A stretch of DNA of 64,000 nt from Flavobacterium sp. (lineage in GTDB: Bacteria > Bacteroidota > Bacteroidia > Flavobacteriales > Flavobacteriaceae). The stretch covers positions 3,937-67,936 of the forward strand of contig NZ_JALDYN010000011.1 in assembly GCF_032153895.1 (NCBI RefSeq), read 5' to 3'. Positions 9,342 to 20,127 of the stretch are shown here, piece after piece. The notes below the pieces were generated by a model that saw only the letters and a list, made by a program, of their open reading frames with translations, was not told where the DNA came from and did not search any database. How positions within the stretch are numbered: the stretch's first letter is position 1; every line of letters starts with the position of its first letter. The position numbers and the translations under genes are program-made.

Positions 9342-9485
9342 CTAATTAGCAAGGTTTTCAAAAGTTAAGTCACCTACTTTCGTAATGCTCAAAGCCTTTG
9401 AGTAATTGAGCAAAAAATTAACCGTTTCTTTCTTAGGCGACATTTTTGGACTTGCTTTTTTCTTCTTAGAGTAGAGTTTTGCCAT
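9342..9485 (-). CDS. 47-aa small basic protein downstream of the ECF sigma factor (not in ORF track)
   Basis: MAKLYSKKKKASPKMSPKKETVNFLLNYSKALSITKVGDLTFENLAN*, lying between the sigma stop and the terminator. Confidence 0.7.
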   Translation of the reverse strand: MAKLYSKKKKASPKMSPKKETVNFLLNYSKALSITKVGDLTFENLAN

Positions 9486-9537
9486 TTTTTAGTATTTCAA
9501 TTATACTACTATAACGCAACTCAAGTCCTAATATTGT

Positions 9538-10122
9538 CTAATTGGTCAAAATAATTTGATTTTTTTCAATAACCTTTCTCAAATTCATCAACGCATAACG
9601 CATTCTGCCTAAAGCCGTATTAATACTTACTCCGGTTGCGTCTGCAATTTCTTTAAAACTTAGATCTTCATAAATACGCATTACCAAAACTTCGCGCTGA
9701 TCATCCGGAAGCTCGTTAATCAAGCGTTGTAAATCTTGTTCTACCTGAGCCGAAATAATTCTGCTTTCAATATTCGGACTGTTGTCTGACATGATTGAAA
9801 AAATAGAAAACTCCTCAGTTTCACGATAGTACGGCATTTTCTGATTTTTACGGAAATAATCCACAATCAGATTGTGCGCAATTCGCATCACCCAAGGCAA
9901 AAATTTACCTTCTTCGTTGTAGTTTTTTGCTTTTAAAGTTTTAATTACTTTGATAAACGTATCCTGAAAAATATCTTCAGTTACATCTCTGTCGGATACT
10001 TTAGAGTAAATAAAACCGTAAATTTTAGATTGATGTCTGTCAATTAATGTAGCTAAAGCAGTTTCGTCTCCACCTACATAATTTTTCACTAGGACTGCGT
10101 CCGGAAGTACAACATTAGCCAT
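9538..10122 (-). CDS. ECF RNA polymerase sigma factor
   Basis: EDIFQDTFIK, FLPWVMRIAHN (region 2); LPDDQREVL...SFKEIA...TALGRMRYA (region 4); TACATTTG box at 10220-10227 (-). Confidence 0.93.
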   Translation of the reverse strand: MANVVLPDAVLVKNYVGGDETALATLIDRHQSKIYGFIYSKVSDRDVTEDIFQDTFIKVIKTLKAKNYNEEGKFLPWVMRIAHNLIVDYFRKNQKMPYYRETEEFSIFSIMSDNSPNIESRIISAQVEQDLQRLINELPDDQREVLVMRIYEDLSFKEIADATGVSINTALGRMRYALMNLRKVIEKNQIILTN

Positions 10123-10427
10123 AATAATACCTTTTAGTTTTTGGTTTTGGGAATCGATGTTACAATTCTAAAAAGTATTTTTGTCGAATAGGCGAATGTT
10201 TTGGTGATGATTAATAACCCAAATGTACTGAATTTTATCTTTAATACACAAATAAAAATTCAATATTTAACATATTTTGATACAATAAATTCAAAATAAG
10301 CAATAGAAAATCTTCAAATTAGCAATTTCAAGCCTTTTTAACATTGAGAATAACAATAATAAAAACTTCAGCTTCAATTCTTTAAAAAGCAGTTTTTGGT
10401 TATCTTTGCAAATCATTGAATTTTGCT

Positions 10428-13214
10428 ATGCAAACCGACATCACAACACTAGAACCGAAGAAAAATATCATCATTAAAGGCGCGCAGCTTCACAACTTAA
10501 AAAATGTGGATGTGGCGATTCCTCGAAACAAACTTGTGGTTATCACGGGCTTATCCGGTTCGGGAAAATCCAGTTTGGCTTTTGACACGCTTTATGCGGA
10601 AGGACAACGCCGCTATGTGGAAAGTTTATCTTCATACGCCCGCCAGTTTTTAGGCCGATTAGACAAGCCGAAAGTCGAATACATCAAAGGCATTGCGCCT
10701 GCTATCGCCATTGAGCAAAAGGTAAATACTACCAATGCGCGTTCAACGGTTGGTACTTCTACGGAGATTTATGATTATCTGAAATTACTCTATGCCCGAA
10801 TCGGGAAAACTTATTCTCCGGTTTCAGGTTTAGAAGTCAAAAAACATACCGTTTCCGACGTAATCGAACAGGTAAAAACCTTTGATTTAGACAGCAAATG
10901 GCTACTTCTTTCTCCGATTCATTTAGAAGAAGGCCGAGCACTGGAAGACAAATTGAAAGTGCTTTTACAACAAGGTTTCGCCCGTATTTTGGTGGATGGC
11001 AACATGGTTCGTTTGGATGAAATTGATCAACATTCGCTTGATAATAAAGACATTCTGTTGATTATCGACAGAATTGTGGTTAAGGAAGAAGAAGAATTTT
11101 TCAACCGTTTAGCCGATGCCATTCAAACCGCATTCTACGAAGGAAAAGGCGAATGTTATCTGCAGGAATTGAATTCGGAAACTAAATTCACGTTCAGCAA
11201 TAATTTTGAATTGGACGGAATTACGTTTTTAGAACCGAATATCCATTTATTCAGTTTCAACAATCCTTATGGCGCTTGTCCGAAATGTGAAGGCTACGGC
11301 AATGTAATTGGTATTGATGAAGAATTGGTCGTTCCGAATACGGCTTTATCGGTTTACGAAAACGCAATTTATCCGTGGCGTGGCGAAAGCATGGGTTGGT
11401 ATCGTGACCAATTGGTTAACAACAGCCATCATTTCGATTTCCCGATTCACAAACCTTATTTCGAACTATCGGAAGAACATAAAACCTTAATCTGGAAAGG
11501 CAATAAATATTTTGTTGGCCTAGACGCGTTCTTTCAGGAATTAGAAGAGAAAAATTATAAAATACAGAATCGTGTAATGCTTTCCCGTTATCGAGGCAAA
11601 ACCAAATGTAACATCTGCAAAGGAAAACGTTTGCGAGAGGAAGCGAATTACGTTTCAGTTGGCGGAAAAACTATTTCTGATTTAGTCGATTTGCCGATTA
11701 AAAACCTAATCGATTTTTTTAAAGAACTTACTTTATCAGAATATGACGAAAAAGTTGCTAAACGCCTTTTACTGGAAATTAACAACCGTTTGCGCTTTTT
11801 GGACGAAGTTGGCTTGAGTTACCTGACTTTGAACCGAAATTCCGCAACCTTATCCGGTGGAGAATCACAGCGAATTAACTTGGCGACTTCACTAGGAAGT
11901 AGTTTGGTCGGTTCGATGTATATTTTAGATGAACCAAGCATCGGTTTACACCCAAAAGATACTGAAAGACTTATTAAAGTTTTGGAAGATTTACGCAATT
12001 TGGGCAATACCGTAATTGTGGTGGAACACGACGAAGACATCATGAAAGCTGCGGATATGATTATCGACATCGGTCCCGAAGCAGGAACTTTTGGTGGTCG
12101 ATTGGTAGCCCAAGGTACTTACGATGAAATCCTGAAATCCGATTCTCTGACGGCACAATATCTGAACGGTAAAATGGAAATTAAAGTTCCCGAGAAACGC
12201 CGCAAGTTCAAAAATCATATCGACGTTATCGGTGCGCGTGAAAACAACTTAAAAAACATTGACGTTACTTTTCCTTTGGAATGTTTAACCGTAATTACAG
12301 GCGTTTCAGGAAGTGGAAAAAGTACATTGGTTAAGAAAATACTATTCCCGGCGCTGCAGAAAAAACTGGAAGGTGTTGGCGAAAAAGCTGGTCAATTCAC
12401 TGATTTGGCTGGAAGTTATTCGCACATCAAACATATTGAATACGTTGATCAAAACCCGATTGGAAGAAGTTCGCGTTCCAATCCGGTGACGTATATTAAG
12501 GCGTATGATGACATCCGTGATTTATTTTCAAAGCAGCAGCTTTCTAAAATGCGCAGTTATCAGGCGAAACATTTTTCGTTCAACGTAGATGGCGGACGCT
12601 GCGAAACCTGTAAAGGCGACGGTGAAGTTACCATCGAAATGCAGTTCATGGCTGATGTTCACTTGGAATGTGAAACCTGCAACGGTAAACGGTTCAAAAA
12701 AGAAATTCTGGAAGTTAATTTCGAAGGCAAAAACATCGACGATATTCTAACCATGACGATTGATGATGCGATTGCTTTTTTCAACGACCATAAACAAGTA
12801 AAAATTACCCAAAAACTGCAACCGCTTCAGGATGTTGGCTTGGGTTATGTTCAATTGGGACAATCCTCTTCTACCCTTTCTGGTGGTGAGGCACAGCGTA
12901 TTAAACTGGCTTCGTTCTTAGTAAAAGGAGCAACCAAAGAAAAAGCGTTATTTGTTTTTGACGAACCTACAACCGGCTTGCATTTCCACGATATTAAAAA
13001 ATTACTGGCTTCGTTTGATGCTTTGATTGAAAAAGGACATTCGATTGTCGTAATTGAACACAATCTCGATTTAATCAAATGTGCAGATTACATTATTGAT
13101 ATTGGCCCTGAAGGAGGCGAAAACGGCGGAAAACTAATCGCATTCGGAACACCGGAAGAAGTAGTAAAAAACACAAAATCCGAAACCGGAAAATATTTAA
13201 AAGAAAAACTATAA
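10428..13214 (+). CDS. uvrA: Excinuclease ABC subunit A
   Basis: GLSGSGKSS and GVSGSGKST Walker A motifs, two LSGGE signatures, zinc-finger Cys pairs; TATCTTTG box at 10401-10408. Confidence 0.96.
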   Translation: MQTDITTLEPKKNIIIKGAQLHNLKNVDVAIPRNKLVVITGLSGSGKSSLAFDTLYAEGQRRYVESLSSYARQFLGRLDKPKVEYIKGIAPAIAIEQKVNTTNARSTVGTSTEIYDYLKLLYARIGKTYSPVSGLEVKKHTVSDVIEQVKTFDLDSKWLLLSPIHLEEGRALEDKLKVLLQQGFARILVDGNMVRLDEIDQHSLDNKDILLIIDRIVVKEEEEFFNRLADAIQTAFYEGKGECYLQELNSETKFTFSNNFELDGITFLEPNIHLFSFNNPYGACPKCEGYGNVIGIDEELVVPNTALSVYENAIYPWRGESMGWYRDQLVNNSHHFDFPIHKPYFELSEEHKTLIWKGNKYFVGLDAFFQELEEKNYKIQNRVMLSRYRGKTKCNICKGKRLREEANYVSVGGKTISDLVDLPIKNLIDFFKELTLSEYDEKVAKRLLLEINNRLRFLDEVGLSYLTLNRNSATLSGGESQRINLATSLGSSLVGSMYILDEPSIGLHPKDTERLIKVLEDLRNLGNTVIVVEHDEDIMKAADMIIDIGPEAGTFGGRLVAQGTYDEILKSDSLTAQYLNGKMEIKVPEKRRKFKNHIDVIGARENNLKNIDVTFPLECLTVITGVSGSGKSTLVKKILFPALQKKLEGVGEKAGQFTDLAGSYSHIKHIEYVDQNPIGRSSRSNPVTYIKAYDDIRDLFSKQQLSKMRSYQAKHFSFNVDGGRCETCKGDGEVTIEMQFMADVHLECETCNGKRFKKEILEVNFEGKNIDDILTMTIDDAIAFFNDHKQVKITQKLQPLQDVGLGYVQLGQSSSTLSGGEAQRIKLASFLVKGATKEKALFVFDEPTTGLHFHDIKKLLASFDALIEKGHSIVVIEHNLDLIKCADYIIDIGPEGGENGGKLIAFGTPEEVVKNTKSETGKYLKEKL

Positions 13215-13217
13215 AAG

Positions 13218-13245
13218 AAAAGACCTCTTAATTGAGGTCTTTTTT
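13218..13245. terminator. Bidirectional intrinsic terminator
   Basis: AAAAGACCTC-TTAATT-GAGGTCTTTT. Confidence 0.85.
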
Positions 13246-14443
13246 ATTCTATTACAAGTTTCTTCGTTATTCTTTTGTCGCCAGCTTCCAAAATACCTAG
13301 ATACATTCCGGAGCTTAAGTCTGAAACATCAATAGTTTCTATTTGTTTGGCCTCTTTGAAAACATAATCTGCCACTTTCTTTCCGTTGATATCGACTATA
13401 GAAAACACATAATTCGGATTGGTTAAACTGCCCAAATTAATACTTAATTTTCCTTTTACCGGATTAGGAAAAACACTTACCTGAAAATCATCTGCAAATT
13501 CACTATTAGAAAGCGTTGTTGCTGCTTTGGCAAAGTGAAGTGTTGCGCCTGCCGCAGCTTTTGCCACGTTAAAATTATACACCGGGTCCATATTTACCAA
13601 TAAATCATTAGTTGTATGTGCGTAAGGTGTTTCGTTGGTTTCAAAAAAACCGGTAATGATTTCATTGTTTTCTTCAAAAGGCATATAATCTGAGGCATAA
13701 GCATACGATAAAACTGGTGTTAAAGTTGAATACAAACTCACGCAGTTCATCAGTTCCTGTGTCATTGTGTTGGATAACGCATTGTTGGTTGTCGGATTCC
13801 CGGTATCGCGTTCACAGGTAATGGAATTGTTTGCCATTCCGGCTCTTCCGCCTACTTCATCAATATTGAAAACCAAACGGATGTCCATTTTGGGATTGGT
13901 CGCATTCACAACATTGGATACGTAATGCGAACTTCCGCGCAAACCGTCTTCTTCCCCACTGAAATTGATAAACTTCACAGAATATTCGGTTGGAATGTTC
14001 TGAAGCAATCGCGCTATTTCCAGAATCGTTATTACACCGCTTCCGTTGTCATTTGTTCCAGTTCCGGTAATCGAATCATAATGACCACAAACAATTACGT
14101 AAGTATTTGGATAAACCGTTCCGATTTTAGTAACCACAACATTTTTACAAGTTACCGGAGAACCTGAATAATTGTATGTATACGAATCTTCAACAATTTG
14201 AGAAGCCGTATAACCATAACTCAAATACTTGTTTTTAAGCCAATTTAAAGTGTTTTGTAAAGCCGACGAGCCTCTTACTTTTACGCCTAAACCTTCATAC
14301 TCGGTCAAATTCGTGGTAACGTTTGATTGTGAAGTTTGATTGACAACATCAGCGTACGCCTGAATAAAAGTCTGCGCTGTGGTGGTTTGCAAACAAACTA
14401 TTACTGATAACAACAGTAATAGTTTCGTGAAACATCGTTTCAT
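13244..14443 (-). CDS. M28-family aminopeptidase with T9SS type-A C-terminal domain
   Basis: GHYDS, DNGSG, SGEEDGLRGS, NIDE, YAH; CTD VFPNP...LSSGMYL...KKLVIE. Confidence 0.9.
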   Translation of the reverse strand: MKRCFTKLLLLLSVIVCLQTTTAQTFIQAYADVVNQTSQSNVTTNLTEYEGLGVKVRGSSALQNTLNWLKNKYLSYGYTASQIVEDSYTYNYSGSPVTCKNVVVTKIGTVYPNTYVIVCGHYDSITGTGTNDNGSGVITILEIARLLQNIPTEYSVKFINFSGEEDGLRGSSHYVSNVVNATNPKMDIRLVFNIDEVGGRAGMANNSITCERDTGNPTTNNALSNTMTQELMNCVSLYSTLTPVLSYAYASDYMPFEENNEIITGFFETNETPYAHTTNDLLVNMDPVYNFNVAKAAAGATLHFAKAATTLSNSEFADDFQVSVFPNPVKGKLSINLGSLTNPNYVFSIVDINGKKVADYVFKEAKQIETIDVSDLSSGMYLGILEAGDKRITKKLVIE

Positions 14444-14645
14444 TTTTAGTTAGTTTTAGTTAAGTCAGTTAGTTTGGTTCACGAATGTATAAAAATTTAA
14501 CTTATTTGATGATTTATTTTAAAATATTATCATCTATAAATATAAAAACAATCTAACAACTAAAATTTTCTTCGCTCAACAAACACAATGATTATGAACA
14601 CTTTAAACATTTCAACAAAAAAATCTAAACCCTACATTCATTTTT

Positions 14646-14660
14646 TGGCACGCAAATTGG
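14646..14660 (+). promoter_or_regulatory. Candidate sigma54 (-24/-12) promoter
   Basis: TGGCACG-CAAA-TTGG: exact -24 box and spacing, with GG instead of GC at -12. Confidence 0.5.
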
Positions 14661-14743
14661 ATACTATTAAACAACAAGAAATTTTACTTGTTCGAGAAAG
14701 CTGAAAATCGAAAGAGTAAGCACAAGAATAAAATTAAATTGTC

Positions 14744-15466
14744 ATGAAAAAAATTACTCTATTAGTAGCCAGCACTTTCCTGGTAGGAAGTATGGCTTTA
14801 GCGTCAGAAAATCCTGTTTTTTCTGACAACGGAAGAAACCCACGTCATTATGTGGATTATCGCAACGCAGAACCGATTATGTTCATGGAACGCGGAGTTG
14901 AGTTTTACGTATTCCCAAACGGTGAATTCGATTTCAACACCAGACCTTCAGGACCAAGACGAGCAGCGGTAAACACCACTTATGGAGCGCCTGGGGTTCG
15001 TGTTTCAACAACCTATTATGGTCCTGCAAATTATGGAGTTCGCGTAGAGCATGATAACTTCGGACGTGTAAGACGTGTAGGTAATGTGTTCATCAACTAC
15101 GATAGCCGTAACCGTGTAAAACGTGTCGGTTCCATATACATGAGCTATAACAGTTATGCATTGACTCGTGTTGGTGGCTTAAGAATCTATTACAACCGCA
15201 GAGGCCAAATTATCGATGCGATAGGTTTTGTAAACGGATCAAGTCATGCGTATGCCTACAACCCATTCGCAACAACAGGAGGATATGGTGGAAATTATGG
15301 TGCCGATACCGATTATGACTACGGTTATGATAGCGGATCAGGTTACAACGACGACGATTACTACTACTACAAATCAGATGGTACAAAAGCCAAAATGAGT
15401 GCAGCAGAAATCGAAGAAGTTAAACAAGATGAGAAAGCCGTAAAGGCAAAAAATAAAAGATCGTAA
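14744..15466 (+). CDS. Exported hypothetical protein with RVG repeats and a Tyr/Gly/Asp-rich tail
   Basis: Signal peptide; RRVGNVFINYD / KRVGSIYMSYN / TRVGGLRIYYN repeats. Confidence 0.75.
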   Translation: MKKITLLVASTFLVGSMALASENPVFSDNGRNPRHYVDYRNAEPIMFMERGVEFYVFPNGEFDFNTRPSGPRRAAVNTTYGAPGVRVSTTYYGPANYGVRVEHDNFGRVRRVGNVFINYDSRNRVKRVGSIYMSYNSYALTRVGGLRIYYNRRGQIIDAIGFVNGSSHAYAYNPFATTGGYGGNYGADTDYDYGYDSGSGYNDDDYYYYKSDGTKAKMSAAEIEEVKQDEKAVKAKNKRS

Positions 15467-15495
15467 TTAAGATTTTGGTTGGTTAGTTTGGTTAG

Positions 15496-15530
15496 AATCC
15501 CGTGGAGCAGCAATGTGAAGCGGGATTTTT
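15496..15530. terminator. Intrinsic terminator (AATCCCG/CGGGATT family)
   Basis: AATCCCG...GCGGGATTTTT. Confidence 0.7.
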
Positions 15531-16806
15531 ACTTTAATAGACTAGCCAGCTCTTTTGTCAAACTCTTACGACTGTATTGCTGTAAACCAACTGGAAACAC
15601 TTTTAAATTCTGGTTTAAATACAAGTTGAAGTACTTCAGAATCGTTTCTTTTACTTTTTCTTTTTCGTCGTACAACGCGAATGTTCCGGTGTTGGTTTGT
15701 TGTAAGATTACCGAAAAATCTGCGCCTTTTGGGCCAATAGCTAAAATCGGACGTTCGGAAACCATGTATTCGAATAATTTCCCGGGAATGATGCTTTTAG
15801 TATCTTCGGAATCAATTTCAATCAACAATAAAACCTGTGATTTTCGTTGTTGTTCTACAGCTTCCTGATGCGAAACATAGCCTAAATTGTTCACAAAATC
15901 CGTCAGTTTGAATTCTGCAATCGTGTCTAAAACTTCCTGACTGGTGGCACCGATTAATTTCAATTCAAAATATTTGCGAAACTCTTCATTTTCTTTGGTC
16001 AGTTCACGCAAAGCTTTCCATAAAATTCGTGGATTGCGTTCCGATAAAAACGAACCGATATGCGCCAACGTAAATTTCCCATCCAAAGCCGGTCGTCCTA
16101 CGTTTTCTATATCGTAACCGTTGGTGATTACGTGTATTGGTTTTGTAGTAATCGCTTCGAACTCCTTTTTCGTCGTTGGACTCGTTACCAAAAGAAAATC
16201 GGCAGTATTCATCACTTTTTTCTCTAAATCTTTATGCTTTTTAGCTGATGAATTCGATAGTTTCAACGCTTTATGATATCCAATAGTTGTCCACGGATCA
16301 CGGAAATCGGCAATCCATTTTACCTTTAAATTTTCTTTCAGTTGCAAACCGATTAAATGTAAACTGTGTGGCGGACCAGTTGTTATTATCGTATCAATTC
16401 CGTTTTCCTTAATGTATTTTGTCAGATAGTTTACCGATGGCTTTACCCACAAAACGCGCGCATCCGGTATGAACAAATTTCCGCGAACCCAAAGCATCAT
16501 TTTCTGAACAAACGATTGCTTCTTCTGATTTGGAATGATTCCGGAACTGATTTTTTTGGTACTTTTTTTCGAAAAAAACGACGCCCAGGCATACGGCTCA
16601 ATAATTTTGTTTTTAAGAATAGTTACGTTTGCCGGCACTTCGGAAAGTAACTTTTCATCCATTAACGGATAGGTTGGATTCTCTGGAATGTAAACAATCG
16701 GTTCAATGTCAAAATCGGGTAAGTACTTTACGAATTTCAACCAGCGCTGAACACCGGGTCCTCCGGCGGGTGGCCAATAATACGTTATGATAAGTACTTT
16801 TTTCAT
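15529..16806 (-). CDS. Glycosyltransferase family 4
   Basis: YYWPPAGGPGVQR, DFRDPW, PGKLFEYM. Confidence 0.88.
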   Translation of the reverse strand: MKKVLIITYYWPPAGGPGVQRWLKFVKYLPDFDIEPIVYIPENPTYPLMDEKLLSEVPANVTILKNKIIEPYAWASFFSKKSTKKISSGIIPNQKKQSFVQKMMLWVRGNLFIPDARVLWVKPSVNYLTKYIKENGIDTIITTGPPHSLHLIGLQLKENLKVKWIADFRDPWTTIGYHKALKLSNSSAKKHKDLEKKVMNTADFLLVTSPTTKKEFEAITTKPIHVITNGYDIENVGRPALDGKFTLAHIGSFLSERNPRILWKALRELTKENEEFRKYFELKLIGATSQEVLDTIAEFKLTDFVNNLGYVSHQEAVEQQRKSQVLLLIEIDSEDTKSIIPGKLFEYMVSERPILAIGPKGADFSVILQQTNTGTFALYDEKEKVKETILKYFNLYLNQNLKVFPVGLQQYSRKSLTKELASLLK

Positions 16807-17178
16807 TTACAATTTTGAAAGCATTAAACCTGCCCAAGTGGCGGTCAATCCTAAAATCACACTTAATCCGATGTATAAAAATGCTGCTCCGATTTGATTG
16901 TTTTGCATCAATTGTACATTCTCGTTAGAGAAGGTTGAAAAAGTCGTATAACCACCGCAAAAACCGGTTATCAAAAAGAATTTCAAATCGGAATTGGTAA
17001 TGTTATTTTTCTCCAAATACCCCAAAAACAAACCAATAAGCAAACAGCCTAAAATATTAGCCGTAAACGTCGCATACGGAAAAACCGATGCAAAATTTTT
17101 ATCAATAAACTGGGCAGTCAGGTAACGAAAAACGCTGCCTAAACCTCCGCCCAATGCTATTAATAAAAGGATTCGCAT
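16807..17178 (-). CDS. crcB: Fluoride channel CrcB/FluC
   Basis: GGGLGSVFRY, FPYATFTAN, GFCGGYTTFSTF. Confidence 0.95.
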   Translation of the reverse strand: MRILLLIALGGGLGSVFRYLTAQFIDKNFASVFPYATFTANILGCLLIGLFLGYLEKNNITNSDLKFFLITGFCGGYTTFSTFSNENVQLMQNNQIGAAFLYIGLSVILGLTATWAGLMLSKL

Positions 17179-19622
17179 TATGCTATAACCTGTTTACGTT
17201 TTTTAATTTCTGCAAAAATTCCAAAGCCGATTAATGCAAGCATTCCAATGAAACTTACTAACGAAATCATACTTCCGGTTTTCACTACTTCTGGTTCGAA
17301 TTTAAATTCGATTGTGTGTTTTCCTGCTGGAATTTGCAAACCTCTTAAAACGTAATCTACATTTAGAATCGTGGCTTCTTTTCCGTCGATTGTAGCAATC
17401 CAACCTTTTGGATAATAGATTTCTGAGAAAACTCCGAAACCTGCGTTTGCGTTGTTGGATTCGTATTTTATATGGTTCGGTTTGTATGCTTTTAACTGAA
17501 TTGTTGCTGTTGAATCTTTCGTAAAACTTCCTTGCATCGATTTTATACTCATGGCATCATTCGACGCAAAGCTAATTACAGCTTCTTCTTTTGAATTCAA
17601 TTTATCAAGAGCTTTCATTTCCTGATCTGCTGTCATAACATCCTTAACTTTAGACACAAACCAAGCATTTCCATTCGCTTTGGGATTTAACATCGGAATG
17701 TCTTGCCCTTGTTCGTCTTTCTGAATGATGTATTTCACGTTCAGCATGTTCAAGACTTCAATATTGTTTTTAGCAATCTGATAGTCGAACAACTGTTGCA
17801 TTTTTCTAGGCTTGGCTGCATGATAACCACCAATCGATTTATGAAAATAAGACGAACGTGCGCTCGACATGTTTCCGTCCACTTCAAAAACGCGGTAATT
17901 TGTGGTGTCTTGTAAAATATGTTCGTCTGCTGGTGTTGCCTCGAATGGTAAATCCGCTTGACGGGCCGAAACGAAACTGTCATTATTCACGTAATTTTTA
18001 TCCACGAAGAACAAATCGCCAACCATCAAAACGCCAACAATAATTATCGCTGTCAGTTCGGATAATTTATTTTTAACAAACAGCCAAAGTGTTCCTGCTG
18101 CCAACAAAATAAGGATTCCCGAACGCAACAAATCGGAAGTGTACATCGCTTTTCTTTGTTCAACCAAAGCATCAATGAATGGTGGTCCCATTTCGCCGTA
18201 CATTTGTAAAAACATACTGTCGCTACCTCCTGTAAATCGGAACATTCCTTTTGCTAAAAACAGAATTACGATTGTGCTTAATGCTACTGCAGCAGTTTTC
18301 CATAAAGCTGAAAAACGTTCTTTTTCTTCGGCTTTAAAGAAGGCTTGTAATCCTAAAATTGCCATGACCGGCATACACAATTCTAACAAAACCTGAATCG
18401 ATGAAACGGCTCTGAATTTGTTGTACATCGGCACAAAATCGATGAAGAAATCGGTTAGTATTGGAAAATGTTTTCCCCACGACAATAACAAAGATAAAAT
18501 CGCACCGCCTAAAAACGCGTATTTGATTTTACGTTTATCCACAAACATTGCTAAAACAAACAAGAAGAAAACGATTGCACCAATATACGCCGGGGCTGTC
18601 ACAATAGGCTGATCGCCCCAATAAGTAGGAACTGAGGAAGCAAAATCTTTCGCCTCAGCCGGTGATGCGCCTTGCGTTAAGACAAAATCATACATTGGTG
18701 AACCTTCACCTACGTTTTCATGGTTAGAACCACCAAACAAGCGCGGTGCAATTAAATTGAAACTTTCTGCAATTCCGTAACTATACTCTGTGATGTAATC
18801 GTAAGACATTGCGTTGTTGCTTTCGGCTTTTTGACCGTCTGCTGAAAAAGTCAATTCGCTGTCACTTCTTGTGGAATATTTGGCGTATTCCGAAGTTGCC
18901 ATTAAGTTCGTAGCATTCGCTCCAACAGCTAAAATCGCAGCGATGGCAAATACTCCTGCTACTTTCCAAAGTCCTTTAAAATCTTTCTCTTTTAAGTATT
19001 GAATTTTATAATAAATCGCAATCACCAACAACAAAAACAGTAAATAATACGTCATTTGAAAGTGATTCGCATTGATTTCCAAAGCAGCGGCAAGCATCGT
19101 GAGCAATCCACCAACAACATACCGTTTCTGATAAACCAGAATTACTCCGGCAACCACCATCGGCATATAGGCAATCGCGTGGGCTTTTGCATTGTGACCA
19201 ACACCAAGAATGATAATCATATAGGTTGAAAACCCAAAGGCTAAGGCTCCAAAAAACGATTTCAGCGTATCAACCCGAAGCGATTTCAACAAAATGAAAA
19301 AACCTAAAAAGTATAAAAACAGATAATCGGCAGGTCTTGGCAAAAAGCGGAAAACACTGTCTAATTTCTTGATATAGTTGTGCGGATAATTCGCTCCTAA
19401 CTGATAGGTTGGCATTCCTCCGAAAGCACTATTCGTCCAGTACGGTTCTTCGCCAGTGGTTTTTCTGAAATCGGCTTGTTCTTTTGCCATTCCGATATAT
19501 TGGGCTATATCACTCTGGAATACTTTTTTACCCTGCATTACCGGATAAAAATAGATAATGGAAATAATCGCAAAACCTGCTATAACCAGCAAATAAGGGT
19601 AGATTTTGTTTAGGTTTTTCAT
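17178..19622 (-). CDS. YfhO-family multi-pass membrane protein (GT-C-like)
   Basis: ~12 TM segments, PYWTNSAFGGMP, GYHAAK, YYPKGW...DYVLRG tail. Confidence 0.85.
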   Translation of the reverse strand: MKNLNKIYPYLLVIAGFAIISIIYFYPVMQGKKVFQSDIAQYIGMAKEQADFRKTTGEEPYWTNSAFGGMPTYQLGANYPHNYIKKLDSVFRFLPRPADYLFLYFLGFFILLKSLRVDTLKSFFGALAFGFSTYMIIILGVGHNAKAHAIAYMPMVVAGVILVYQKRYVVGGLLTMLAAALEINANHFQMTYYLLFLLLVIAIYYKIQYLKEKDFKGLWKVAGVFAIAAILAVGANATNLMATSEYAKYSTRSDSELTFSADGQKAESNNAMSYDYITEYSYGIAESFNLIAPRLFGGSNHENVGEGSPMYDFVLTQGASPAEAKDFASSVPTYWGDQPIVTAPAYIGAIVFFLFVLAMFVDKRKIKYAFLGGAILSLLLSWGKHFPILTDFFIDFVPMYNKFRAVSSIQVLLELCMPVMAILGLQAFFKAEEKERFSALWKTAAVALSTIVILFLAKGMFRFTGGSDSMFLQMYGEMGPPFIDALVEQRKAMYTSDLLRSGILILLAAGTLWLFVKNKLSELTAIIIVGVLMVGDLFFVDKNYVNNDSFVSARQADLPFEATPADEHILQDTTNYRVFEVDGNMSSARSSYFHKSIGGYHAAKPRKMQQLFDYQIAKNNIEVLNMLNVKYIIQKDEQGQDIPMLNPKANGNAWFVSKVKDVMTADQEMKALDKLNSKEEAVISFASNDAMSIKSMQGSFTKDSTATIQLKAYKPNHIKYESNNANAGFGVFSEIYYPKGWIATIDGKEATILNVDYVLRGLQIPAGKHTIEFKFEPEVVKTGSMISLVSFIGMLALIGFGIFAEIKKRKQVIA

Positions 19623-19687
19623 AGAAGTATGTAAAATTGCTTCGATTCGCTTAAAAATCAGGCTAAAATAACAATAAAAACCCTTTT

Positions 19688-19724
19688 AAAAAAAGAAAAC
19701 GAACAACTGCTGTTATTCGTTTTC
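19688..19724 (-). terminator. Intrinsic terminator after the DUF4834 gene
   Basis: GAAAACGAAcAAC / GTTaTTCGTTTTC stem with a T-run on the - strand. Confidence 0.65.
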
Positions 19725-19731
19725 GTATTGT

Positions 19732-20007
19732 TTACTCAATTTCTTCAAAATCAATATACTCGCCAACTTTTTTCTTCTCTCGAGGCATTTCATTTTTAGG
19801 TGCCTGCTGCTGATTTTGTTGTGAGTATTGCTGTTGCGTATTTTGCTGATAATTCTGTTGTTGCTGTCTGAAATTTTGCTCGGCTTTCTTCACTACTTGC
19901 TGAAACAAATACGGCGCTAATAAACGCATTAAAAATTTCAAAGCGTAGTAAATGAAAAGTATCCAAAGTAACGTTTTTAACAGTCCGGTAAATGAGGCCG
20001 TCTCCAT
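19732..20007 (-). CDS. DUF4834-family small membrane protein
   Basis: One TM helix, Q-rich linker, C-terminal VGEYIDFEEI; ATG 20007; TAGCTTTG box at 20036-20043 (-). Confidence 0.8.
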   Translation of the reverse strand: METASFTGLLKTLLWILFIYYALKFLMRLLAPYLFQQVVKKAEQNFRQQQQNYQQNTQQQYSQQNQQQAPKNEMPREKKKVGEYIDFEEIE

Positions 20008-20127
20008 AATCCAAATAAAATTTTTCAAATTTAAGCAAAGCTAACTTTAAAATTCGGTTTGATTTCTTAAAATAATAATAAAAATGCTATTTTTGAAAAG
20101 CTTAATAAAAACCGAAACTACAAGCAT

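Noticed and set aside
17178-17260. Fluoride riboswitch upstream of crcB
   Set aside because: crcB overlaps the yfhO stop codon, so there is no leader, and no GGCGATGG...GCTGATG motif is present.
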